Under the pieces are notes generated by a model. That model searched no databases, was not told where the DNA came from, and saw only the letters and a program-made list of their open reading frames with translations. The position numbers and the translations under genes were made by a program. A stretch of DNA of 64,000 nt. It comes from Escherichia phage vB_EcoM-CHD94UKE2. Numbering within the stretch: the stretch's first letter is position 1; each line of letters starts with the position of its first letter. Shown here in pieces: positions 48,875 to 60,232 of the stretch. The DNA is taken from sequence record MZ234031.1; one strand, 5' to 3'.

Positions 48875-50044
48875 ATGAGCACAGTTTTTAATACAAATCC
48901 AGTTGATGTTTTAAAAGAACCTATGTTCTTCGGTTCAGGTCTTGGTATTGCGCGTTATGATATTCAACGCCATAAAGTTTTTGAAGATTTGACTGAAAAG
49001 CAATTATCATTTTTCTGGCGTCCTGAAGAAGTAAACTTGATGATGGATGCTGCACAATTTAATAAACTTCCTCAGTATCAACAGAATATTTTTACTAATA
49101 ACCTGAAGTATCAATCACTTTTGGATAGCATTCAGGGTCGCGCGCCATCTGCTGTACTTATGTCATTAATTTCAGACCCAAGCCTTGATACATGGGTTGC
49201 TACGTGGACTTTTAGTGAAACTATTCACAGCCGTTCATATACACATATCATGCGAAATCTTTATACTGATCCATCGAAGGTGTTTGATGAGATTGTATTA
49301 GATGAAGCTATTATGAAACGTGCTGAGTCCATTGGGCGATATTACGATGATGTCTTGGTTAAAACCCGTGAATGGGAAAACGCTAAAGAAGAATACGAAG
49401 GAATTTTGTCTGAAGGTTGGCGCAAAGATGAACTTGGTAAAGTCGTTGAATACGCCAAACGAGAGCTAATGAAATCTCTTTACCTCTGTTTGCACGTTAT
49501 TAATGCCTTAGAAGCTATTCGTTTTTATGTATCTTTCGCATGTACCTTTAACTTCCACAAGAATATGGAAATCATGGAAGGTAATGCCAAGATTATGAAG
49601 TTCATTGCACGTGATGAACAGCTTCACCTTAAAGGCACCCAATATATTATTCGTCAGCTTCAATCCGGTACTGATGGTGATGAATGGGTTAAAATTGCTC
49701 AAGAGTGTGAACAAGAAGCAGTTGATATTTTCATGGAAGTTAACCGCCAAGAAAAAGATTGGGCAGTTCATTTATTTAAAGATGGCGATGTTCCTGGATT
49801 AAATACAAATAGCATGTGGAGCTTTATTGATTACTTAACTGTATCTCGTATGAAACAGTGCGGTCTTCCATGCCCAATTACCGATGCTCCGGTTAAACAT
49901 CCATATCCTTGGATTCGTGAATATCTTAATTCTGATAATGTTCAATCCGCGCCACAAGAAGTAGAACTGTCATCTTACCTTGTTGCACAGATTGATAATG
50001 ATGTTGATGATAAAGTTATGATGAGTTTTAAAAAATACTTTTAA
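48875..50044 (+). CDS. nrdB: Ribonucleotide reductase small subunit, intron-less
   Basis: 389 aa continuous ORF (T4 nrdB is split by an intron); ferritin-like di-iron fold. Confidence 0.9.
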   Translation: MSTVFNTNPVDVLKEPMFFGSGLGIARYDIQRHKVFEDLTEKQLSFFWRPEEVNLMMDAAQFNKLPQYQQNIFTNNLKYQSLLDSIQGRAPSAVLMSLISDPSLDTWVATWTFSETIHSRSYTHIMRNLYTDPSKVFDEIVLDEAIMKRAESIGRYYDDVLVKTREWENAKEEYEGILSEGWRKDELGKVVEYAKRELMKSLYLCLHVINALEAIRFYVSFACTFNFHKNMEIMEGNAKIMKFIARDEQLHLKGTQYIIRQLQSGTDGDEWVKIAQECEQEAVDIFMEVNRQEKDWAVHLFKDGDVPGLNTNSMWSFIDYLTVSRMKQCGLPCPITDAPVKHPYPWIREYLNSDNVQSAPQEVELSSYLVAQIDNDVDDKVMMSFKKYF

Positions 50045-50048
50045 GGAG

Positions 50049-50068
50049 TGGGCCGCAAGGCCCATTTT
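50049..50068 (+). terminator. Hairpin (GNRA loop) plus T-run between nrdB and denA; may also pull SD and ATG together
   Basis: TGGGCC-GCAA-GGCCCA then TTTT; SD-like AAGGAG at 50043-50048. Confidence 0.55.
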
Positions 50069-50071
50069 ATT

Positions 50072-51659
<1,588 letters not shown>

Positions 51660-51662
51660 GCT

Positions 51663-51692
51663 GTTTACAAGTCCCTCGTGTTGTGTTATAGT
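51663..51692 (+). promoter_or_regulatory. T4-type early promoter
   Basis: GTTTACAAGTCCCTCGTGTTGTGTTATAGT. Confidence 0.5.
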
Positions 51693-51720
51693 AGTCTTAC
51701 TGACATAACATGAGGACTTT

Positions 51721-52227
51721 ATGATGGATTTACAACTTATTACTACTGAAATGGTCGTTGAAGCATACGGTGATACTACAGATGGGATTTCTGTATTCAA
51801 AGGAAATCGTCGAGTTGGATATATCACCGATCTTAAGAAAGATTTAGCTAAGCAAGTCAAGCGGAAAACGACCATTAAAGAATATCGAAATCGTCGTCTT
51901 GAGCAAGCCCGTGATATGCTTCCTGATGCGGTTGAGGAGATGAAAGTCTTTTTAGAAAATCAGCTTGCGAAATATGATTGTGATGTGTTCATTAATCAGA
52001 CTCAACCTAATGTTCATATTAACAACTGTAAATGCTATATCATCGTTAATCCTTTAACGGGAAAACACCGCCTTGGGATTAGTAATCCAAATCGTAGTGC
52101 ATCAGATATGGCAGAAGATGTTGCGGCATGCTTTAAAATTTCTAAATCTCCGGCGGAACATCATATTTTAATTAACGGTCTTTCTCAAGACGATATTATA
52201 GAGGTTATTAAAACTTTATGCAATTAA
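51721..52227 (+). CDS. alc: Alc-like protein (blocks transcription of cytosine-containing DNA)
   Basis: 168 aa; size and position (after gene 63, before pseT cluster) match T4 alc. Confidence 0.45.
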   Translation: MMDLQLITTEMVVEAYGDTTDGISVFKGNRRVGYITDLKKDLAKQVKRKTTIKEYRNRRLEQARDMLPDAVEEMKVFLENQLAKYDCDVFINQTQPNVHINNCKCYIIVNPLTGKHRLGISNPNRSASDMAEDVAACFKISKSPAEHHILINGLSQDDIIEVIKTLCN

Positions 52228-52571
52228 GTAATACGACAACAGGTTTGCTATTAATTGTAATTGCATTGGGCGGAACTTCTTTAATTTTAAAAAATAAAAT
52301 TGAAAGATTAGAAACGTCTGTTGTAGAAATTACAAAAACGGCCAATGAAAACGCTTTAGCATTAAACAATTTGCGAATTCAGTATAATTATATTGATGCG
52401 ATGAATAATAAAAATCGTGAGGCAATTGCTGCTATTGAGCGTGAAAATGAAAAACTGCGCAAAGACGCAAAGAAGGCGGATGTGGTGGCTCATAAGCCAG
52501 GATTGGTTGAAAAACAAATCAACAACTCCTTCAACAAGTTCGCAGAAGACATCCAGGACCTTTCTAAATGA
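52218..52571 (+). CDS. i-spanin candidate (Rz-like; N-terminal TM plus coiled coil), pseT.3-like
   Basis: N-terminal TM GLLLIVIALGGTSLIL then charged helical region; immediately followed by a lipoprotein ORF. Confidence 0.5.
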   Translation: MQLSNTTTGLLLIVIALGGTSLILKNKIERLETSVVEITKTANENALALNNLRIQYNYIDAMNNKNREAIAAIERENEKLRKDAKKADVVAHKPGLVEKQINNSFNKFAEDIQDLSK

Positions 52572-52867
52572 TTAAACTATCAGCAGTAATATTATCTATT
52601 GGTCTTCTAGTTGGTTGTTCGACAAAGCCTCTAGAAGTAAAGAAAGAAACAGTTCATCCTAATTGGCCTGTACAAATAAAGTCATATGATGAAGCTAAAC
52701 TATCTTGGCAAGTTAAAGTTATTGATGGTAAAGCTTGGGTCGGTATGCCATTTGAAGATTCCCAGGAATTTCGTATTTGGCTTAATGATGTAAAACGATA
52801 TGTACATGACCAAAAAACTATGATATGTTATTATCGTCAAGAGCTAAAAGAGGATAAATGCAAATGA
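52568..52867 (+). CDS. o-spanin candidate (Rz1-like outer-membrane lipoprotein), pseT.2-like
   Basis: Signal peptide with lipobox LLVGCS; 99 aa; C-terminal Cys. Confidence 0.5.
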   Translation: MIKLSAVILSIGLLVGCSTKPLEVKKETVHPNWPVQIKSYDEAKLSWQVKVIDGKAWVGMPFEDSQEFRIWLNDVKRYVHDQKTMICYYRQELKEDKCK

Positions 52868-53088
52868 TTTCATGGCATCAATTTGAACATCTCAAAGGAT
52901 TGATTTATGAATCCGAGATGGCTGCAATGATTTATGGACGCCAGATTCAACGGTTAGAATCTTTACCTCCAACTAATGATGTTTTATTAGCTCAATCTCG
53001 GGCTAATCTTAAAAATGAATACCAAAATAAGTGGGGTAAAGCATCTAAAGACCTGCATGATTATATTCAATCATTGGTTGAGAAATAA
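52858..53088 (+). CDS. Hypothetical protein, 76 aa
   Basis: ORF. Confidence 0.4.
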   Translation: MQMISWHQFEHLKGLIYESEMAAMIYGRQIQRLESLPPTNDVLLAQSRANLKNEYQNKWGKASKDLHDYIQSLVEK

Positions 53089-53091
53089 TAA

Positions 53092-54316
<1,225 letters not shown>

Positions 54317-54317
<1 letters not shown>

Positions 54318-54514
54318 TGGCGTGGCATCATGAAACTTGGTCTATTGTTATTGTAAATAGTGGTTTAGTTGGTACTAGTAATGGGCAATTTTGTGTATTC
54401 ACTAGTGAAATCAGAGCTTGGGAGGAATGCCTTAAATTAAGAGAAAAGAATCCTGATATTGAACTAACAGTAAAGAAAACTAAACTGCCTTTACCATGGA
54501 AAACTTATGAATAA
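54317..54514 (+). CDS. Hypothetical protein, 65 aa
   Basis: ORF. Confidence 0.4.
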
Positions 54515-54707
54515 TATAGAAAAGATTTATCGTCTTTGTGATAAAATTGAAAAAGAAAAGAAATATCTATTTTGTTTATGGCCTATTGTTGACGGAAGAG
54601 TAGGCCTAGATGTTCTTGATTATGAAACAGAAGACAAAGTAGATGGTTCAACTTTTGATAACGCTTTGGATGTTATTGATTGGCTCGAAGAAAATTATGT
54701 GAGGTAA
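54507..54707 (+). CDS. Hypothetical acidic protein, 66 aa
   Basis: ORF. Confidence 0.4.
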   Translation: MNNIEKIYRLCDKIEKEKKYLFCLWPIVDGRVGLDVLDYETEDKVDGSTFDNALDVIDWLEENYVR

Positions 54708-54709
54708 AT

Positions 54710-54985
54710 ATGTTTCCGACTTACTCTAAAATCGTAGAAGTAGTGTTTAGCCAAATTATCGCTAATAACATGTTTGAAAAGCTTGATAATGCAGCTGAAC
54801 TTCGAATCCACGCTCAAGTGACTCATGTATTGAATACTTTGCTTCCAGATCAGGTGGATTCTGTTGCCATCACGTTGTATCCAGGTTCAGCGCATATCAT
54901 TGTTGTATTCGGTCTTGATGCTGAGCTAGTCATCAAAGGCGATATTCGCTTTGAATCACAGACATCAGAATTCAAAGCAATTTAA
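54710..54985 (+). CDS. Hypothetical protein, about 91 aa
   Basis: ATG 54710 in frame within track ORF 54680..54985. Confidence 0.4.
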   Translation: MFPTYSKIVEVVFSQIIANNMFEKLDNAAELRIHAQVTHVLNTLLPDQVDSVAITLYPGSAHIIVVFGLDAELVIKGDIRFESQTSEFKAI

Positions 54986-54987
54986 TA

Positions 54988-55017
54988 GTTTACTTTACGG
55001 TAGAGTTGTGATATTAT
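54988..55017 (+). promoter_or_regulatory. T4-type early promoter
   Basis: GTTTACTTTACGGTAGAGTTGTGATATTAT. Confidence 0.5.
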
Positions 55018-55047
55018 AGCTCTACCAAAACAAATGAGGAAATTGAA

Positions 55048-55575
55048 ATGAGCGAATGGTTTGAAGAAGATAAGGTTTATCGCTTTAAAGCTGGATATAA
55101 AGATATTTTTAATGAAACTTGCGGGGCTAATAAACGAATTGCCCAGTTTATTGGGGAAAATTCATTTAAAGTAAAAATAGATCCTGCGAAAAATGTTATT
55201 AGCATTAAACGCGAAATTGATGATTGTTGGTATAAAGCTGTTGATGTAATGGGCGAATCTTATAAAGTTAGCCCGTTATTTTCAATTGCTTATATGTTAG
55301 AATATTCTTTTTTCGAAGAAGTTCAAAAAGATGATTCTGTCAGTAAATTTGAAATTAAAACTGATAAAGAAATTAAGTGGAAAGTAGTAGGTATTACTGG
55401 TTGTATGTTTTATATCTATGCTCAAACTGATACGAAGGAAGAAGCTAAAAAGAAAGCTCTAGAATATCTTGAAGAGTATGAAGAAGGCCCGGTAATGATT
55501 ACTCAAGATGCTGAATTAGTTTCTGTCAAATTAGTTAAAAACGTTGAAAGTAAGGAGCTGGGATCAACATGCTAA
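55048..55575 (+). CDS. Hypothetical protein, 175 aa
   Basis: ORF with SD GAGGAAATT. Confidence 0.5.
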   Translation: MSEWFEEDKVYRFKAGYKDIFNETCGANKRIAQFIGENSFKVKIDPAKNVISIKREIDDCWYKAVDVMGESYKVSPLFSIAYMLEYSFFEEVQKDDSVSKFEIKTDKEIKWKVVGITGCMFYIYAQTDTKEEAKKKALEYLEEYEEGPVMITQDAELVSVKLVKNVESKELGSTC

Positions 55576-55805
55576 GTGAAAAACCAATTACTGTTAAAGA
55601 ATTCCAAGAAAAAGTTAAACTATTTGCGCAGGAATTGGTAAATAAGGTTTCTGAACGATTTCCTGAAACATCGGTTCGTGTTATTACCGAAACTCCTCGT
55701 TCAGTATTAGTAATTGTGAATCCAGGTGATGGCGATCAAATATCGCATCTTAAACTGGATTTTGATGGATTAGTTGAAGCACAAAGGGTGTATGGCGTAC
55801 TATGA
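55569..55805 (+). CDS. Hypothetical protein, 78 aa
   Basis: ORF. Confidence 0.4.
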   Translation: MLSEKPITVKEFQEKVKLFAQELVNKVSERFPETSVRVITETPRSVLVIVNPGDGDQISHLKLDFDGLVEAQRVYGVL

Positions 55806-56140
55806 TGAATTTAACTGATATAATTGATAATTGTCTTGAAAATGATACTGGTGATCATAGAGCGCTTGACTCTGAAACAGCAAAGTTCATTAGAATAACT
55901 TTAATGAATGATACTCTGGTGAATAGTATTCATCCTTCTGTGTATGATGCTATTATTGTGACGAAGTATCCAGTTGAGCTTCACAAAAAGATGACTGGTG
56001 CAGTTTTTATTGATAAGAAAAACCGCTTTAAAGATGGGCAGAATATAATTAGTTCTGTTATTAAAAGTATAACTAAACTTCGTCACGAAATTTATCGTGT
56101 TGAAACTGCTAAATCTGCTTATCTGGTGATTATGAAATGA
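55802..56140 (+). CDS. Hypothetical protein, 112 aa
   Basis: ORF. Confidence 0.45.
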   Translation: MMNLTDIIDNCLENDTGDHRALDSETAKFIRITLMNDTLVNSIHPSVYDAIIVTKYPVELHKKMTGAVFIDKKNRFKDGQNIISSVIKSITKLRHEIYRVETAKSAYLVIMK

Positions 56141-56718
56141 AAGCGAGTACAGTACTTCAAATTGCATATTTAGTATCGCAGGAATCAAAATGTTGCTCCT
56201 GGAAGGTAGGAGCAGTAATTGAAAAGAATGGACGTATTATTTCTACTGGGTATAATGGTTCACCCGCAGGGGGTGTGAACTGTTGTGATTATGCTGCTGA
56301 GCAAGGTTGGTTGTTGAATAAGCCTAAACATACTATCATTCAAGGTCATAAGCCTGAATGCGTATCATTTGGTTCAACTGATCGTTTTGTTTTGGCGAAA
56401 GAACATCGTAGTGCTCACTCGGAATGGTCATCTAAAAATGAAATTCATGCTGAACTAAATGCAATTTTGTTTGCTGCACGAAATGGTTCTTCTATTGAAG
56501 GTGCTACTATGTATGTAACACTTTCTCCTTGCCCAGATTGCGCAAAAGCGATAGCTCAATCTGGTATTAAAAAGCTGGTTTATTGTGAAACATACGACAA
56601 AAATAAACCTGGTTGGGATGATATTCTGCGAAATGCAGGTATTGAAGTGTTTAATGTTCCTAAGAAAAACTTGAATAAGTTAAACTGGGAAAATATCAAC
56701 GAATTCTGCGGTGAATAA
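56137..56718 (+). CDS. cd: dCMP deaminase
   Basis: 193 aa; zinc-binding HAELNAI and PCPDCA motifs visible. Confidence 0.85.
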   Translation: MKASTVLQIAYLVSQESKCCSWKVGAVIEKNGRIISTGYNGSPAGGVNCCDYAAEQGWLLNKPKHTIIQGHKPECVSFGSTDRFVLAKEHRSAHSEWSSKNEIHAELNAILFAARNGSSIEGATMYVTLSPCPDCAKAIAQSGIKKLVYCETYDKNKPGWDDILRNAGIEVFNVPKKNLNKLNWENINEFCGE

Positions 56719-56954
56719 TGAAATTTCGTTTGGTAAAGCTCACAGCAATTAGTTCTTATTCTAACGAGAACATCTCATTTGCTGTAGAGTATAAGAAATA
56801 TTTTTTCTCTAAATGGAAACAGTATTATAAGACAAATTGGGTTTGTATTGATAAACCATATAGTTGGAAATCTGATTTAGAAAAATGCCAAAAATTACTT
56901 TCCACCCTTAAAGAACGTGGAACAACTCATATTAAAACTGTGATAGGTAAATAA
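56718..56954 (+). CDS. Hypothetical protein, 78 aa
   Basis: ORF. Confidence 0.4.
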   Translation: MKFRLVKLTAISSYSNENISFAVEYKKYFFSKWKQYYKTNWVCIDKPYSWKSDLEKCQKLLSTLKERGTTHIKTVIGK

Positions 56955-57263
56955 ATGAAACTAACAACTGAGCAGAAAGTAGCAATTCGTGAAATTTTGA
57001 AAACTAAATTGTCCATGGGTGTTTCAAACGTAGTTTTTGAAAAGTCTGATGGTACTATTCGTACTATGAAAGGTACTCGTGATGCAGACTTTATGCCAAC
57101 CATGCAAACCGGTAAATTGACTGAATCTACTCGGAAAGAATCTACGGATATGATTCCAGTATTTGATGTTGAGCTCGGTGCATGGCGAGGTTTTTCTATT
57201 GACAAATTGATTTCTGTTAATGGTATGAAAGTTGAGCATTTGCTTCAATTTATTGGTAAATAA
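56955..57263 (+). CDS. Hypothetical protein, 102 aa
   Basis: ORF. Confidence 0.45.
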   Translation: MKLTTEQKVAIREILKTKLSMGVSNVVFEKSDGTIRTMKGTRDADFMPTMQTGKLTESTRKESTDMIPVFDVELGAWRGFSIDKLISVNGMKVEHLLQFIGK

Positions 57264-57319
57264 ATGCTTTAAGAATTATTTGTTATTATTAACTCATCTG
57301 TTAACAAAAAGGAAAAACG

Positions 57320-57655
57320 ATGTCTGAAGTACAACAGCTACCAATTCGTGCTGTCGGTGAATATGTTATTTTAGTTTCTGAACCTGCACAAGCCGGTGAT
57401 GAAGAAGTTACAGAATCAGGACTTATTATCGGTAAACGTGTTCAAGGTGAAGTTCCTGAACTGTGTGTAATTCACTCTGTCGGTCCTGATGTTCCTGAAG
57501 GTTTCTGCGAAGTTGGTGATTTGACTTCTCTCCCAGTTGGTCAAATTCGAAATGTTCCGCATCCTTTTGTAGCTCTGGGTCTTAAGCAGCCAAAAGAAAT
57601 TAAACAAAAATTTGTTACCTGTCACTATAAAGCTATTCCGTGTCTTTATAAGTGA
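57320..57655 (+). CDS. 31: Co-chaperonin gp31 (GroES-like)
   Basis: 111 aa [22 protein letters not shown]... matches remembered T4 gp31. Confidence 0.8.
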   Translation: MSEVQQLPIRAVGEYVILVSEPAQAGDEEVTESGLIIGKRVQGEVPELCVIHSVGPDVPEGFCEVGDLTSLPVGQIRNVPHPFVALGLKQPKEIKQKFVTCHYKAIPCLYK

Positions 57656-57663
57656 TATAAATA
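57656..57663 (+). promoter_or_regulatory. Late promoter candidate TATAAATA after the gene 31 stop
   Basis: Exact TATAAATA about 140 nt upstream of rIII. Confidence 0.35.
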
Positions 57664-57802
57664 ATAATATGAATTGGGTGTCGGAATAATAAGTTAACCG
57701 AACAATTCTATGTGGTAGTCTACAACTGAGAGATCTGTCGAAAGAAGATGAAATTCAGAAGAACGTGACTACCGAGTTTTAATCTCTAACGAGAATTTTT
57801 AA

Positions 57803-58051
57803 ATGATTAAACAATTACAACACGCTCTTGAACTGCAACGAAACGCATGGAATAATGGTCACGAAAACTATGGCGCATCTATTGATGTTGAAGCCGAAGC
57901 TCTTGAAATCCTGCGTTATTTCAAACATCTGAATCCTGCTCAAACTGCATTAGCTGCTGAGCTTCAGGAAAAAGATGAACTTAAATATGCTAAGCCTTTG
58001 GCTTCTGCTGCACGAAAAGCAGTTCGTCACTTTGTGGTAACACTGAAGTAA
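57803..58051 (+). CDS. rIII: rIII lysis-inhibition accessory protein
   Basis: 82 aa MIKQLQHALELQRNAWNNGHENYG...; T4 RIII size and position after gene 31. Confidence 0.7.
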   Translation: MIKQLQHALELQRNAWNNGHENYGASIDVEAEALEILRYFKHLNPAQTALAAELQEKDELKYAKPLASAARKAVRHFVVTLK

Positions 58052-58409
58052 TTTACTGGAGATTCACTGCCTTAGTGTGAGCTAAAATCGAGGAGCCGTC
58101 GAACTGTCTGATTAATGATTTGCGAATCATTATAGTTTTAAGACCCCGGCAGTTTTACGGTGTACCTCTTGAATGTTATTCTTATAGCGGCAAGTGCATG
58201 CTACCCCGAGGTGATGGCCAATCGGGAGTACGCCTCAAGGCCTATATATATCCATCAGTATATATCTTATCCTCGAGAAATCGAACCCGGAACCTTTAAG
58301 CTAACGGTGTGCAACAGATAAGAGCTATAAGGTATGATGACGGGTTTATGGTTATCCTGGTCGTTAAATATCCAAAAACCTATGTTCCCCTTGAGGGCTT
58401 GCGCAGGCA
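58052..58409. other. 358 bp ORF-free, comparatively G+C-rich region with hairpins; candidate structured ncRNA or gene remnant
   Basis: No ORF of 60 aa or more on either strand; hairpin TAATGATT-TGCG-AATCATTA near 58113-58136; tRNA T-arm-like GGTTCCGGGTTCGATTTC on minus strand. Confidence 0.4.
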
Positions 58410-58451
58410 ATGCCAATAAGTCCTGCATTTTCATTTAAAAGAGAATTTATA

Positions 58452-58628
58452 ATGGCAAAACAAGCTAAAGCAAAGAAAGCAGTTGAAAAGAAAGTTGGTG
58501 ATTCTAAACGCGCTGGCTACAAGCGTGGGTCGAACTCTCGTATCAATCAAACTGTTGAGAAGATCATGCGCCGAGCACGTGCGGTTCTTCGAGATGATGC
58601 TTCTCGTTTTGGTAAGCAGAAAGCATAA
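58452..58628 (+). CDS. Small basic protein, 58 aa
   Basis: ATG 58452 (MAKQAKAKKAVEKKVGDSKRAGYKRGSNSR...); track ORF starts upstream at 58410. Confidence 0.4.
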   Translation: MAKQAKAKKAVEKKVGDSKRAGYKRGSNSRINQTVEKIMRRARAVLRDDASRFGKQKA

Positions 58629-58631
58629 GTT

Positions 58632-58660
58632 GAGGACTCCTTCGGGAGTCCTTTTTTATT
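58632..58660 (+). terminator. Rho-independent terminator (same hairpin as after soc)
   Basis: AGGACTCC-TTCG-GGAGTCCT then TTTTTTATTTT. Confidence 0.75.
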
Positions 58661-58680
58661 TTCCAAAGATTGCATAAAGT

Positions 58681-58713
58681 TGTTTACAGTATGGTTCCTT
58701 TGTGATAGTATTA
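58681..58713 (+). promoter_or_regulatory. T4-type early promoter
   Basis: GTTTACAGTATGGTTCCTTTGTGATAGTATTAT. Confidence 0.5.
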
Positions 58714-58738
58714 TCTTACACAAACAAAGGAGAATAAA

Positions 58739-59071
58739 ATGAAAACGATTAATCTGAACGCTACAGTTAAAACTAAATGCTTCAATGGTAAATATGATGA
58801 AACTATGTGGTTCTTAATGGCAGTTGAAGGTGATATCATTGAAGTAGAAACAACAGAAGGTATGGGAACAGATTTCACCTTTACAATTCAAGTTCATAAT
58901 TTCTTTACTGGTTGGATTTATGAATTGAATACAGTAATCGTTGGAAAAATTGAACAAAATGAATTAGGTGAATGGTATTATGTTACAGCTCGCCAACGTG
59001 CCGAACGCTTAATTGAGAAGATGAAAAAAGTTGGTAAACTTGACATGCAGCATTGGAAAGTAGTAAAATAA
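58739..59071 (+). CDS. Hypothetical protein, 110 aa
   Basis: ORF with SD AAGGAGAAT. Confidence 0.45.
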   Translation: MKTINLNATVKTKCFNGKYDETMWFLMAVEGDIIEVETTEGMGTDFTFTIQVHNFFTGWIYELNTVIVGKIEQNELGEWYYVTARQRAERLIEKMKKVGKLDMQHWKVVK

Positions 59072-59073
59072 TT

Positions 59074-59103
59074 GTTTACTTTGGTACAGGATATGATATT
59101 ATA
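59074..59103 (+). promoter_or_regulatory. T4-type early promoter with dyad symmetry
   Basis: GTTTACTTTGGTACAGGATATGATATTATATACCTGTACC; 8 bp inverted repeat GGTACAGG/CCTGTACC brackets the -10. Confidence 0.55.
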
Positions 59104-59138
59104 TACCTGTACCGCAATTAAACATCTTGGAGAATAAA

Positions 59139-59504
59139 ATGAACTACATCAACTTTGAACGTAAATATGTTTCTAATGGTATTGCAGGTTCTATTGATAC
59201 TATTTGCCTTTGGAAACATCAAAATGGATCAGTATGCGAAATTGAGCAGTATATGACTCCTAATTACGTTTATATGCGATTTGAAAACGGTATCACGGTT
59301 TCAATCACGATGGAAGGTTCCAACTTTAAAATCGCTCTGGATGATGATTTCCGTGAACGCGATTTAGGGACTCATCCTTGCTGGAATGGCGTTAATCGCA
59401 AGCTTTTGGTTAAAACTTGGATTCGTCATATTCTGAGTAACAGAGCTAAACCTGAGCATCTTGAAGCAATCTTTGATGTAGTTCTTAACGAATTTGATAT
59501 TTAA
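59139..59504 (+). CDS. Hypothetical protein, about 121 aa
   Basis: ATG 59139 after GGAGAATAAA. Confidence 0.45.
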   Translation: MNYINFERKYVSNGIAGSIDTICLWKHQNGSVCEIEQYMTPNYVYMRFENGITVSITMEGSNFKIALDDDFRERDLGTHPCWNGVNRKLLVKTWIRHILSNRAKPEHLEAIFDVVLNEFDI

Positions 59505-59544
59505 AATAAATGAGGGGCTTTGGCCCCTTACTGAGGAAAATGTT

Positions 59545-59832
59545 ATGTTTATGACTACTTATTTTGATACCCGTAAAAACTTCTGCGAAGTAGTTTTCTC
59601 AAAGGCGCCTAAAGACCTTCCTGCACATTTGCAACCTACCAGTGAATCGATTAAAAACTACGTTAATGTAGTCTGCCCTTTAGAGTTCCGTACTGTAAAT
59701 GGGCGCGATACTTTAGCTATCACTAAACTCAATCGCGAAATTGACATTGACCCTTCAATTGCGCGTGAAATTAACATTTCTGATATTGGCGGCGGTAATG
59801 TTAAATCGCACGGTTTTCAGATGAGGTTTTAA
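59545..59832 (+). CDS. Hypothetical protein, about 95 aa
   Basis: ATG 59545 after GAGGAAAATG; upstream UUUG-loop hairpin 59513-59528. Confidence 0.45.
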   Translation: MFMTTYFDTRKNFCEVVFSKAPKDLPAHLQPTSESIKNYVNVVCPLEFRTVNGRDTLAITKLNREIDIDPSIAREINISDIGGGNVKSHGFQMRF

Positions 59833-60029
59833 TGAAATTCTTTTTAGGTCAAACCGTTGAATTAAAGGGAGTTGGTATACCTGGATTAATTTCTAAGGTT
59901 TTACCTCCATTTAAATGGAGTGGTATTCAAATAAAAGAGGCTTATATTGTTTCCTGGGTAGATGGAAATGAAGACCTTCGTATGGGTGATGAATTATCTC
60001 CTATCTACGGATTAAAGGAAATAGTATGA
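59832..60029 (+). CDS. Hypothetical protein, 65 aa
   Basis: ORF. Confidence 0.4.
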   Translation: MKFFLGQTVELKGVGIPGLISKVLPPFKWSGIQIKEAYIVSWVDGNEDLRMGDELSPIYGLKEIV

Positions 60030-60232
60030 ATATAATTAATAAGATTTTTGGAATTCAGTACATTAAGGTCACATATAAAGTAACAGATAAAAATCCGTAT
60101 ACTGATGAACATGAAGAACCGCAAGTTGAGTCTATTATATTAGAAAAGGACCCTAACTGGCCAGTTGAATTTCGTCTTCCTTGCTATGGTCATTGGGCTG
60201 ATGTTGAAATTATAAGCATTGAAAATGTCTGA
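60026..60232 (+). CDS. Hypothetical protein, 68 aa
   Basis: ORF. Confidence 0.4.
   Translation: MNIINKIFGIQYIKVTYKVTDKNPYTDEHEEPQVESIILEKDPNWPVEFRLPCYGHWADVEIISIENV

Noticed and set aside
58250-58330. Possible tRNA gene on the minus strand (T-arm-like GGGTTCGATTTC with flanking TCTTATC/GATAAGA acceptor-like pairing)
   Set aside because: The distance between the candidate acceptor arms is only about 45 nt and no D-arm or anticodon arm could be folded; it does not form a cloverleaf by hand. Kept only inside the ncRNA-candidate finding.
60219-60224. TTG at 60219 as the start of the NADAR-like ORF (as in the ORF track)
   Set aside because: An in-frame ATG at 60225 overlaps the upstream stop (ATGTCTGA), which fits the translational coupling seen throughout this genome.
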